This document shows, piece by piece, positions 25,724-36,100 of a DNA stretch of 55,395 nucleotides. The stretch lies in contig CAYIBX010000005.1 in the NCBI GenBank assembly GCA_964361785.1, positions 1-55,395 on the forward strand, read 5' to 3'. The position numbers were made by a program, and so were the translations under genes. Each line of letters starts with the position of its first letter. Within the stretch, counting starts at the first letter, position 1. The notes under the pieces are model-generated. The model did not search any database, was not told where the DNA came from, and saw nothing but the letters and a program-made list of their open reading frames with translations. This stretch comes from an uncultured Gammaproteobacteria bacterium. Lineage in GTDB: Bacteria > Patescibacteriota > Microgenomatia > UBA10105 > UBA927.

Positions 25724-26974
25724 TTAGAGGAATAGACTGTTGATGTAATCTATAGCTGCTTGGAGAAATGAACTATGAGATTTTTGTATAATTATTTTTG
25801 TAGTATCGGTAAAATTAGCAATTTGCGTCGTCGTATCAGCGTAATCAGGTGACGACACATAAAGGGTGTTATCTTGTAAATATATAGGCAATGCGAAGCG
25901 TCCTGACGTGTCAGTAGTCGTTTCTCTATACATCGATTTCACTTTTGCTTTTGTTATAGGTTTACTAAACTGATTTACTACGCTTCCCTGCACCTGTTTC
26001 GGAGTATAAAAATCAGTGATTGTTTTCACTGCAGGTCTTGCAGTAGTTTCATTCCAAAGTTCTGTAGAACCCCCGACGTTTACCCAGTAATTAACACCGA
26101 TAAGTGACGGTTCTTTGATAAGATTTTCGAGTGCATCACGTATCCATGCGGATTGCTGATCTGCAGATAATTTTCCATGAATATCAGGAATCGGAACGCC
26201 AAATTCTCCTAAAAATACCTTGCCTCCAGACGATGCTGCAATAGACGCTATATCAGACGCGAGCCTTTTCGGGCTTTTGACATAGTGATCTATGGCGACG
26301 ATCCCGCCTAATGCTTTGGTTGTCGGTTTATCCATAATGAGTTTGGCGACATCGTAGTTCATAGAATGGAGAGCCGGGGATACCTTTTTATTAATTTTGG
26401 CAAATGAAGAAATCGCGACATTGTACTCGCGTATCAAAAATTGTCGATGTCCTTCTGTGTCTCCTGTTTGTCGAGGATCTCCAAGTCCACCATTTTCGCA
26501 CTCCGGACATGCAGTAAAGAAATCACCATCTTCAAACAATTCTTTGTGGTTTACAATAAATTTTTCTAACAGAGCTGTGTGCTCCTCACGCGTAATCGCT
26601 TTATGGTCAAACCATTTCTCCCACCCAGAAAAGTTACCACGAAACCATACATGGAGGTTGTGTTTCCTTGCCGCTAGTACCCACCGCGTAAGCATTGGGA
26701 CAAATTCTTCATCGTATGGCGTGGCAATTGCTACATGAGTCGAGCCAAGTGTTGCAATGTCACTGATTTGCTTGTCTATAACCGTATCAAAGGATGGATT
26801 GTCCATCATTTGTGCAGTCATATCTCTTGAGTACTTCATCGTATCGACAGACTGTATAGACCACCATGTGGGAGAGGAAAGTAAAGAAGCATTTTGCTGA
26901 TACGAACGCACCCAAAATTGTATAAGAATAATGAAGAATATACATGCGATGATGATAAAAGCTAAACGTTTCAT
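25724..26974 (-). CDS. Secreted glycoside hydrolase-like (clan GH-A TIM barrel) protein with a C-terminal carboxypeptidase-regulatory-like domain
   Basis: ACPECE acid/base-like and FLGEFG nucleophile-like motifs; TTTDTSGRF beta-sandwich. Confidence 0.55.
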   Translation of the reverse strand: MKRLAFIIIACIFFIILIQFWVRSYQQNASLLSSPTWWSIQSVDTMKYSRDMTAQMMDNPSFDTVIDKQISDIATLGSTHVAIATPYDEEFVPMLTRWVLAARKHNLHVWFRGNFSGWEKWFDHKAITREEHTALLEKFIVNHKELFEDGDFFTACPECENGGLGDPRQTGDTEGHRQFLIREYNVAISSFAKINKKVSPALHSMNYDVAKLIMDKPTTKALGGIVAIDHYVKSPKRLASDIASIAASSGGKVFLGEFGVPIPDIHGKLSADQQSAWIRDALENLIKEPSLIGVNYWVNVGGSTELWNETTARPAVKTITDFYTPKQVQGSVVNQFSKPITKAKVKSMYRETTTDTSGRFALPIYLQDNTLYVSSPDYADTTTQIANFTDTTKIIIQKSHSSFLQAAIDYINSLFL

Positions 26975-26975
26975 A

Positions 26976-28604
26976 TTATTTTTGTTTCCCTAAATTTGCT
27001 TCAAGGTTTAGGTTTCCGGACATCGACGCTTGGAGCTGATAGACATCAGCAAAGGGATATGCTGCCACTTTATCATAAAACTGAAATCCTTTGGTTTTGC
27101 TCACTCCTCTCCACGTAAGATCACCATCGTCGTACGTGCGCATCACGATCCATTTGGCCCAGCGGTCAGGAAGGGCTAGTGCATTTTCCCAATACAGTCC
27201 TGTACCTTCATGGATGAAGCGCTTCATGGGAAGGAGAGAAGAAAAAATAATTGCGTCATGCGAAGCGGCAGAGATCAAGATAAATCCTTTTTCATTTTTG
27301 GCATGTTGGTTAAGATATCCGGAAACTTCTGATACGTTTTTTTGGCTACTTCCCACTCGGGCATCATCAATGGCAACCGCATCGCCGTTGGCGAATGCAA
27401 AAAATAAAACAAACAGCAGCGACCCAATTAACAACATGCGAAATTCTTTTGCGCGATCGACCAGATATCCGATAAATATAGCGATAGTGGGGGCCAACAT
27501 GACGCCGTAGCGGATATTAAACCACGTATCGCCTGAGATTCCTTGTACATAAATGACAGAAAATCCAAGGTATAGTGCCAAGATATTAAAAAATAAAGGA
27601 GCCAATAATGCCACTGTCCCCCATTTGGTAAAGCGTAATAGCGCTTGGTCACGCCAAAGTACGATAGCGCCAATAGCTGCGAGGATGGCAGGATACGTAT
27701 AGGTGTTATAGAGAAGTGAATATAGGTATACCTTGATGGATAATAATAGATTGTGTTTGGTGGGTAAGGCTCCCGCAGCCTCCATGATAAGCTGTTGTGT
27801 GTGAGCGGAAAATGGCCCGAGCGCAAAATAGAGTGCATCACCAAAGATAAGTTGATTCCATACAAACCACCCTAATATGCCCAGAGTTGCTAGGGAGGCA
27901 AAAAGAATAGTCACGCCCTCTACCTTGCTCCATCCGGTTTTCCACCCTTCCACGCGCACGTGGCGAGCCCACACTTGTCGAATCACCAGAAGTCCCGCGA
28001 GTCCCAAAAGAAACCAACCGTCATATCGTACGAGTGTCGCCAGCATGATCCAAAACGCGGATTTAATCAGATCCAGCATGGTGTCTTCCGAATGCCATAT
28101 AAGCAGGTAGTAGCACCCCATGGTCATGGTAAAAAGCAAAATGATTTCCGTCATGGCTGTGGATTGGAGGTACAATACATTCAAGTTTGCAGCAAAGATA
28201 ACGACTCCCGTAATTCGTCCCAATAGTCCCACATGCAGTTTCCGTAAAAACGCATAGATAACAAGTCCTGTGCCCACAAACGAGATCATGTTCCAAATAG
28301 CTCCGGCAAAACCTGTATGCCAAGCCCAATCATTCCAAACAAGCGGGATCATGAGTATATGGTTTAAGGGAAGCCATACAGAGCCTAATTGAGCAAGGCC
28401 AGGTTTGAGCCCTTCTACGACACGCCGCCCGATGTCCAGATGGCTTCGCGCGTCGTTATAGCTTAAACCAAGACCATTATTTAAATAGTACATGTAGTAA
28501 TAAAGTGAAATAATAGAGAGAATCAGCGTCACAAAAGATAGAGTGTGACGAGTCAGCCACTCTCTAAGCTTAGGGTTACTTGGAAAAGTAATAGACCAAA
28601 TCAT
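26976..28604 (-). CDS. GT-C fold (GT39/ArnT-like) membrane glycosyltransferase
   Basis: Polytopic membrane protein; YNDARSHL, VWLPL, MTE, RYDGW. Confidence 0.75.
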   Translation of the reverse strand: MIWSITFPSNPKLREWLTRHTLSFVTLILSIISLYYYMYYLNNGLGLSYNDARSHLDIGRRVVEGLKPGLAQLGSVWLPLNHILMIPLVWNDWAWHTGFAGAIWNMISFVGTGLVIYAFLRKLHVGLLGRITGVVIFAANLNVLYLQSTAMTEIILLFTMTMGCYYLLIWHSEDTMLDLIKSAFWIMLATLVRYDGWFLLGLAGLLVIRQVWARHVRVEGWKTGWSKVEGVTILFASLATLGILGWFVWNQLIFGDALYFALGPFSAHTQQLIMEAAGALPTKHNLLLSIKVYLYSLLYNTYTYPAILAAIGAIVLWRDQALLRFTKWGTVALLAPLFFNILALYLGFSVIYVQGISGDTWFNIRYGVMLAPTIAIFIGYLVDRAKEFRMLLIGSLLFVLFFAFANGDAVAIDDARVGSSQKNVSEVSGYLNQHAKNEKGFILISAASHDAIIFSSLLPMKRFIHEGTGLYWENALALPDRWAKWIVMRTYDDGDLTWRGVSKTKGFQFYDKVAAYPFADVYQLQASMSGNLNLEANLGKQK

Positions 28605-29506
28605 TTGATGCCTTTCATATATTGCAAAAAGTTTTTAACTGCTTGGGTTGATATCACTACGTCTGCTTCGTGAGTATACCCTGCAATATGAGGGGTGATT
28701 ATTAGATTTTTAAGTGTAAAAAGTCGCGAATTGATGTTTGGTTCTCCAATAACCACATCAATCGCTGCTCCCATGATTTGGTTATGAGACAAAGCTCGAA
28801 TTAAAGATTTTTCATCAATTATTTCACCTCTTGAAACATTTATTAGATAGCAAGTTGTTTTCATTAGCGAAAATTGCTTATCTCCTATCATGTTAATTGT
28901 CTCTTTCGTTAATGGGATTTGGATTGAAACAACATCAGAAGTAGAGAGAAGTGAATCAAGAGAACTATGAATAATACCATTGCTCTCAAATTTATTTAAA
29001 TCGGGGTTTTTTGTAAATCCAAGAATTTTGACATCAAACGCTTGTAATAATTTGGACAAAGCTAGACCTACCGCTCCACATCCGACCAATCCAATAGTTT
29101 TTCCAGAAAGTTCAGAACCGAGTAGAGATCGTTCACGCCAACGTCCTAGCATTAAATTAGAGTTGTGGCCTTTTATATTTTTAAGAAGCATAAGCATTAA
29201 AGTGAGTGCGTGTTCTGCAACCGAAATGGCGTTAGCGCCAGGAGAATTAAATACTTTAATGTTACGACTATTGCATTCATTTAAATCAATATTGTCCAGC
29301 CCTGAACCTGCCCTCATGATCACTGAAAGCGACGGGAATTGATCTAAATATTTATTGTCTACTTTTGTATAGGTACGGATAAATAGACCACGAATTGAAG
29401 AGTCTTTGTCGCCTGAAAATTTTGTTACGAGTTCATGTCCATTCACTTTGAGAAGTTCAAGGGATTCCGTTGATATTTCTTGTGGTTCAGATAGAAAAAT
29501 TTTCAT
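28601..29506 (-). CDS. D-isomer-specific 2-hydroxyacid dehydrogenase (SerA-like, no ACT domain)
   Basis: RAGSGLDNID, GLVGCGAVG, INVSRG, ITPHIAG. Confidence 0.88.
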   Translation of the reverse strand: MKIFLSEPQEISTESLELLKVNGHELVTKFSGDKDSSIRGLFIRTYTKVDNKYLDQFPSLSVIMRAGSGLDNIDLNECNSRNIKVFNSPGANAISVAEHALTLMLMLLKNIKGHNSNLMLGRWRERSLLGSELSGKTIGLVGCGAVGLALSKLLQAFDVKILGFTKNPDLNKFESNGIIHSSLDSLLSTSDVVSIQIPLTKETINMIGDKQFSLMKTTCYLINVSRGEIIDEKSLIRALSHNQIMGAAIDVVIGEPNINSRLFTLKNLIITPHIAGYTHEADVVISTQAVKNFLQYMKGIK

Positions 29507-31059
29507 ATTTTCCTCCGAGAAAATTCTACTGTACAAAGAACAACCAAAACCCCCGTGATAACACTTGAAACATATATATAATATTGCCAAGGTGTCAATG
29601 TATTTTGAAGATATGTTTCGTAGATAAATGATTTGGATTTACCGTTTTGCAATAATTCTATATTGCGATCGAAACTATATCGCTCGCGGCGACCAGTCAA
29701 AGCCTCCAAGCCCAATACTTCTACTTGAGGAGGATTGGCAATTGAACTTACTGCACCCGCTGTATTTACATAAATTGAGTAACCGCCAAAAATAAGAATG
29801 GCAGATAAGAATAGAATGCTACGACGGTAATGAGTTGTGGCTATGCCTATTAGGATGGATAGAATTGAAAACGCGGGAATTAGATAACGTGGTCCAAATG
29901 CCCATCCTCCCCACGGATCGCTTCGCATCGAATATAGTAAAATATTTAGACAAATAACTGCGAGCAAAGTTTGAGTTAGATGACGGTTCGTGCGATAGAG
30001 AACCACCAGTCCTACAATGCCAAGGAGCATTACCGGGGTAAAAACAAATACTCCACGATCGGGGCTAACACTAAAGGCATATACGCCGTTTAGTAAATGA
30101 CGAGTTTTGAAAAAATTGAAAGCGTTACGCTTTCGTGCTCCTAGGTTTTGCGCATCACTTATAGCTCGCTCATCTGCTCCTCGACCTGCTACCGGGGTGC
30201 CTTGATCGTCGAGCGCTTGGATATGAGAAACAGTATTGCTTAGCTGGAGCACGTTCCCATACGAGAAGTAATTAATCGCCAAATATAGGGAAAGCGGGAT
30301 AGTAATAGCGAGCGCGGAAATAAAGACCAAAGGGTTCAGTATTAACATCAAATTATTTTTGTTTTTGATCACAGATAAAAATGGTAATGAAGAATAAATA
30401 ATTATCGGTGACATGAAAAATGCATTCGGATAATCGATGATGATTGAAAATCCGAATAAGAAATAAATGACAGCTAGCCTCCATAATTTTGGAGGCAATA
30501 CTGCAACTAAAACAGAAAACAAGATGACAAATGTTGAGAGGTGGTGCTGATAAATAACTCCAGCATAAGTAAAGGCTGGGGTTGAAGCCAGAAAAATTAG
30601 CGACCCAATGAGTCCAGCAATATGTGAGCCGCCAAGACGTTTAATAATTAAATATATCAACCAAGTATTAAGCAGGGCAAAAAATCCAATGGTGAGCGTT
30701 GCTCCTAGATGGGATGCGCCATATATCTTGCCGAGTAAATATCCAGGAATCATAATGAGTGAAGTGCCTGGGGCAAAGAGAGAGACAAAATGACCGTTTT
30801 TGTATCCCAAATCTGGAGTGGCTAAACGAGCGACATCGGTGCTGAACTGGAATGATTTGTTCTCGACAATCGAGTAAAGCAAAGCATAACGAGCACGCTC
30901 TGGAGAAAGCTCGAGTGGGCCAGACTCGAGCCACGCTGATGTATTTAACTCACCAATGGTTGGATTACCCAGTTGTGATTTCGTACCCACCAAAATAACA
31001 GCTATAATAAAAAGACTGGCTGCTATGGTGGAGAAAAATAATTTAAATATTTTTGGCAT
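29503..31059 (-). CDS. Polytopic GT-C-like membrane protein
   Basis: Multiple TM segments; WGGWAFGPRYLIP. Confidence 0.65.
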   Translation of the reverse strand: MPKIFKLFFSTIAASLFIIAVILVGTKSQLGNPTIGELNTSAWLESGPLELSPERARYALLYSIVENKSFQFSTDVARLATPDLGYKNGHFVSLFAPGTSLIMIPGYLLGKIYGASHLGATLTIGFFALLNTWLIYLIIKRLGGSHIAGLIGSLIFLASTPAFTYAGVIYQHHLSTFVILFSVLVAVLPPKLWRLAVIYFLFGFSIIIDYPNAFFMSPIIIYSSLPFLSVIKNKNNLMLILNPLVFISALAITIPLSLYLAINYFSYGNVLQLSNTVSHIQALDDQGTPVAGRGADERAISDAQNLGARKRNAFNFFKTRHLLNGVYAFSVSPDRGVFVFTPVMLLGIVGLVVLYRTNRHLTQTLLAVICLNILLYSMRSDPWGGWAFGPRYLIPAFSILSILIGIATTHYRRSILFLSAILIFGGYSIYVNTAGAVSSIANPPQVEVLGLEALTGRRERYSFDRNIELLQNGKSKSFIYETYLQNTLTPWQYYIYVSSVITGVLVVLCTVEFSRRKI

Positions 31060-32233
31060 ATGATTGAACTATCTGTAGATACGTATAGTGCATAGCTTTG
31101 GCGGTTTCGGTCCAACTAGGAAAGTGCATAGTATGCAAATTGGTTTGGATAATTTTGATAATCTTTGTTGATTTGCCTTTGTGTATCGACGTTAATATAT
31201 GTGCTAGTTTCACCGAATCAAAAGTAGGCGTACTGATCCCTGTTTTATTATTTTTTATGAGTGAGCTAAGGGCGGTATTATCTGCTACAACACAGATTTT
31301 ACCAAGACTCATGGCTTCGTATACTACATTACAAAAACTTTCCCATTTCGCCATATGGATAAATAGTAATGCTTGGGTAACTAAATAGTATTTGTCTGAT
31401 CCCCTGATTACTCCTAAGAATATTACTCGATCCGAAACGCTCAACTTTCGTGCAAGATGCTCGAGTGAGGCTCGATACTTTTCGTTCTGAACGGGACCTA
31501 TAATGACGAGTTTGAGTTTTGAGGGAATCAGGCTAATCGCTTTGATTATAGTTTCGTAGTTTTTAATCGGGGCGATGCGCCCAATACTAATAATATACGT
31601 TTTCAAGTCATGGGTTAAATGTTTGATTTTGGGAGATACGAGACTCGAATGGGGTAGACGCGCACTTGGATCTAGTCCATTTTCAATCAGGACAATTTTT
31701 CTCGATTTTACACAGACTTTGGCTAAGGCTTGTTTTTCCCAATTTGATATCGCTCTTACTCCGTCTGTCATTTGGTTGATCATGATTAAACCAAATGTTG
31801 AATGATATAACCACTTCAGTACCCGAGATAGTAAAGAGAATGTAGGCCATTCGGGAGTGAATCCCCCATGGGGGGTGAGGAATATCCCATAAGATTTTGT
31901 ACTAGTTAGTTGATGAAATGTTGCTCTCAATAAAATGAATAAGTGCGGGAAAATATCAAAGTTGTGTAAGCAAATTAAATTGGTTTTGCGATAATCAATA
32001 ATGGGTGTAAAACCAAAATAGTGGGAAGGATAGCGCATTATTTTAATCCCCCTATTCATTTCGTTACTTCTTAAAATATTAACTTCGTTTAACGTAGACT
32101 TTGTCGTGTGAACTGTCACTGACCAACCCATTTTTGCGAGCACGCTATACGTTTCGATAATATTACTTTCTATCCCAGCAGTTACGGGGTAAAAGTATTT
32201 TGTAATGACATCAATATGTCTTCGGTTTTTCAT
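31043..32233 (-). CDS. Glycosyltransferase family 4
   Basis: IGRIAPIKN and ESFCNVVYEAM (Ex7E). Confidence 0.88.
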   Translation of the reverse strand: MKNRRHIDVITKYFYPVTAGIESNIIETYSVLAKMGWSVTVHTTKSTLNEVNILRSNEMNRGIKIMRYPSHYFGFTPIIDYRKTNLICLHNFDIFPHLFILLRATFHQLTSTKSYGIFLTPHGGFTPEWPTFSLLSRVLKWLYHSTFGLIMINQMTDGVRAISNWEKQALAKVCVKSRKIVLIENGLDPSARLPHSSLVSPKIKHLTHDLKTYIISIGRIAPIKNYETIIKAISLIPSKLKLVIIGPVQNEKYRASLEHLARKLSVSDRVIFLGVIRGSDKYYLVTQALLFIHMAKWESFCNVVYEAMSLGKICVVADNTALSSLIKNNKTGISTPTFDSVKLAHILTSIHKGKSTKIIKIIQTNLHTMHFPSWTETAKAMHYTYLQIVQSYAKNI

Positions 32234-33129
32234 AAACTTTTAGTACTTTCACTTGGACGCCACACCGCTTGTGTGTGTTGTTCATGATATCGCAGAGTAA
32301 TAGCCGAAATGATATGTATGGATAGGTATGCTGCGGCGTACACCGGATGTGCTGCGGCAGCAGCAAGCCATAAGGTGAGTGCGCCGTGGTCCGGGAGACG
32401 ATAGGCAGACTTGAGGGTCGCTGGATTGAAATACAATGCAAGCTCACGCTTGCCGCGGATAAACCGCTGGCTTTGCAGGAAATGATCTCGAAGTGTTGCC
32501 GGTGACCGGAAATATACGCGTGCATCTAAGGCGTAGGCAAAACGGTATTTCAGCGCTTTAGCGCGAAGATAGGAGTACGCGTCTTCTGCGATTATTTTGG
32601 GGAACGCCAGTTGGGTATAGAGTTTTTTGGAGAAAATTCTCGCCCGTCCATGACACAGATAAATCGAATGCAAATTTTTTTCATACATGCTGGTTTTGAC
32701 CATATGGCTCCAGTTAATGGTTTTTTCTATGAATGTTGTAGCGGGAAGCGGGATAACGCGTGCCGATACCAGCCCGACGTTAAGCGAGGAACGAAACGGC
32801 ATGAGTGTAGCATCGATAAAATCCGCATCTTTGATGCGGACATCCGCGTTGAGGAGAAGTAAATAATCAGAGGATGTCCGCTTGATAATCAGATTTTGTG
32901 CGTATGCTTGCCCATATCGCTTAGGTGTATGGACCAGGAGCACGTTTTCATTCGCAAATTTATTAACTAGCCGCGGGGTGGCATCGGTGCTACCGTCAGA
33001 AATAACAATGATTTTTTCTAATCGATAAGTCGATTGCCTGTTATGTAGAAGATCCGTCAAAAGACGCACGATATTTTTTTCTTCGTTGTATGCCGGGATG
33101 CCGATGGTGAGCGTTGGTCGTTTTTTCAT
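32230..33129 (-). CDS. Glycosyltransferase family 2
   Basis: IGIPAYNEE, SDGSTD, LNADV, AED. Confidence 0.88.
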   Translation of the reverse strand: MKKRPTLTIGIPAYNEEKNIVRLLTDLLHNRQSTYRLEKIIVISDGSTDATPRLVNKFANENVLLVHTPKRYGQAYAQNLIIKRTSSDYLLLLNADVRIKDADFIDATLMPFRSSLNVGLVSARVIPLPATTFIEKTINWSHMVKTSMYEKNLHSIYLCHGRARIFSKKLYTQLAFPKIIAEDAYSYLRAKALKYRFAYALDARVYFRSPATLRDHFLQSQRFIRGKRELALYFNPATLKSAYRLPDHGALTLWLAAAAAHPVYAAAYLSIHIISAITLRYHEQHTQAVWRPSESTKSL

Positions 33130-36100
33130 AATCTGTTTGCGGTTTTGAGTATGTAGATAAAGTCACTCACGCGCGTCGGATGATATTTCGGATCGGTTAA
33201 GCCCAATAAGATGTAATAGATAGAAAGCGACTTAAATTGCGCCCAGGAAAGCGCATCCCACTGATGGGTATTTTTTATGTGCTTAAGAAATGAAGATCCT
33301 AAGTGCCGGTCGCGGCTCAGACTTCTCCAGGCTCCGACTAATTCGTACACCGGGAGGGTAAGCGCGACATATTGCCAATCAATAAGATATATATACTTTG
33401 ATGTGACAATAATATTGTCCGCCCCCAAATCCCGATGTGCCAGCTTGAGTTTGCCCCGCAGCAAATTCACGGAATTCATGGCGAAATGAAACGCTGATGT
33501 GAGAAAGAGTAATGCGAATTTTGGACGCAACTTAGCGGCTTTAACTAGAATATACGGAAATGTCGCAAGCAAATAACTGCCTGGCCGTTTGACCGTCGAG
33601 TGCTTCGGCATGTCGGTTTGTTCAAGAGCAGAGAGCACCTGCTTATATACCGCAAGTTGTTTTGTTTCCTTAAAGCCGTTCAACGTCTTTCCCTCAATGT
33701 ATTCCAGCCCAACGTTTAGGGTTTGTCCCACCCTGTCGACAAACAAGAGTTTTGGCAAACGCACTTTACCGGTAAGATTCGTTGCAAGATTGCGGTACGC
33801 ATGCACCTCATTAAATGCAGACTGCGGCGGGTTTACCCACGACTTAACAAATATGGTTTTCCCCTGATAGTCGGCGGTGCCGAGCGTCAGGTGCTTGGGA
33901 TAACTTGGACTTTTGGCGCTTTTTATCCACGTAAATTCATGTTGCATGCCCTGCGTATCTTTCAGCGCTTTCATGGTGGCTGCCGCACTCGTATCCCAAT
34001 CAAATTTAGATGCCCATAGGCATGATTCTTGAGACATTTTCATACGTACATTTTTGTCGGTAAGCAGATGCTGAATCTTGGCGGTAAATTCTCGAACGTT
34101 ACTGTATGGAACAAGAAAACCAGAGTGTTCGTCATATACGGCATCCCGTAAACCGGCAACATTGCTTGCGACTACTGGTGTGCCGGAGGCATTGGCTTCT
34201 ATGGTCGTAATCCCCCATCCTTCGATCAGGGATGGATTTACAAATACCCATGTATTTTGATAGAGTCGTATTTTTTCCTGTTCGCTTACACGTCCGACAA
34301 AGGTAATAATATGATCCAAATTAAGTTTTTTGGTTAAGCGCTCGAGTGATTTTTTAGCGGGTCCGTCCCCTGCTATAGTGACCTGTATATCGGGTATCGA
34401 TGCGATAAGCGATTTGACCGAATGAATGAGAACGTGAACGCTTTTTGCAGGTGAAAGCCTTCCGAGATAAAGAATGGATGGAGTATTAGATTTTGTGCCT
34501 GGTACGTATATTGAACGATCCACCCCGTTATAAATAACGTGCGGATCACGTACCGTCAGTTTGTTTAGGAGAATATCGTGTTTACTGCTCGGGCTTACGG
34601 TTATGACATCCGTATGACGGTATACGATCGGCATGACCCGGCGTTCCAAAAATAATGCCAACCAGGAAAATGGCGGTATTAGGCTTCTTCTGAATACTTC
34701 CTGATGAACGTGGTGGATAAGCAATAATACCGGTTCGCTGACATAGAGCGGTGTAAAAAATGGAATGCCGTTTTCACTGTCGATGATGACATCGTAGCGC
34801 CCTCTTAGCCTTAGAAAATAATAAAGGAATGCCCACAGGTACACGAGATAGAATCCGCCGCGTCGGATTAGGCGTACCCCATCGATGCGCTCAAAACGAG
34901 CGCTTTGTCCGTCATTACCGGAGAATATGGTTACTTCGTGGCCCTGACTGACCCAACGTTTGGCAAGTTCATGAATATACACTTCTGCTCCCCCCGCCCA
35001 TTTGTGACGCAAATCGCGCCAGTTGAAAATAAGTATCCGGAGCGTACCGTCTGTATTCGGACTTATCGGCGGAAGCGGTTTGAATAAACCGATGAAGTCT
35101 ATGAATGCATGGAATACATCGACGACCACGCCATAGAATCTTGTAAGCAATAGCACACCAACTAGAGAGATGACGCTTGCGATAGAAACGACAAGCACTA
35201 TCTCCCCGATTGAATGATGTTCAAGATACATGCCAACGATCATAAGCAGGGCCAATAGGAACGCCATAATCGGGAAGAAGTGGCGGCCACGGATTTGTTG
35301 ATAGGTGATGATTACCGATGTCGTGGAAAAGAGTGCCATGGCAAGTGCGTAGGCCGGCAGATACCGGATGATGAGGATAGCCTTGCTGCCCCACAATAAC
35401 GGTGCGGTGATATAACCGAATGCGCCGAAAATAAGGAATGCCGCAAGATTGACCAGCGATATAAGAATCAGTAGCCGCCGAAACGATTGTTTGGGCGATG
35501 TTCCAGCCCCCAAATCGCGGCTGACATATGGAATCAGAAACTGACTCACTGTAGAGCTCAGGAAATAGACCATTTTACCCGCGAGCGACAAGTAGCTATA
35601 TGCCCCCGCTTCGACCGGTGTTAAAAAGTGTTTGGCCAGAATTAGATCAAGGCTTAAGTACGTCGCTTTCGTAAGGGATGTCAGAATTGAAGTGAAATAG
35701 AATTTTCGTGATAGCAGCAGATCTCCTGCCTTGGGGGATTTTGCCGGATTATTATTGGGAAGACGGCTTATAGACCACCATTCCACAAGCATAACCAGGA
35801 GCAGTGACAATGGGATTGAGGCGTAGACATACTGATGAAGATTAGTGCCGACAAACCCCGCGGTAAATGCGAATTTAGTAGCAGATTCGAGTACTGCGGT
35901 GATGGCGGTTGTGGTAAACAACAGATTGCCGTTTAAGAAACCTCCATTTATCGCATTGAACGACCCGATGACCCAAACTGGCGTAAATATAATAAAGGGC
36001 AAGGCGCTATCTATGCGGAAGAACCGCATGAGGAGTGGGGTGATCACTAGCCAAAGGAGTGAAACGCCGATTGAATACACCAATGTCCGTTGTTTGAGAG

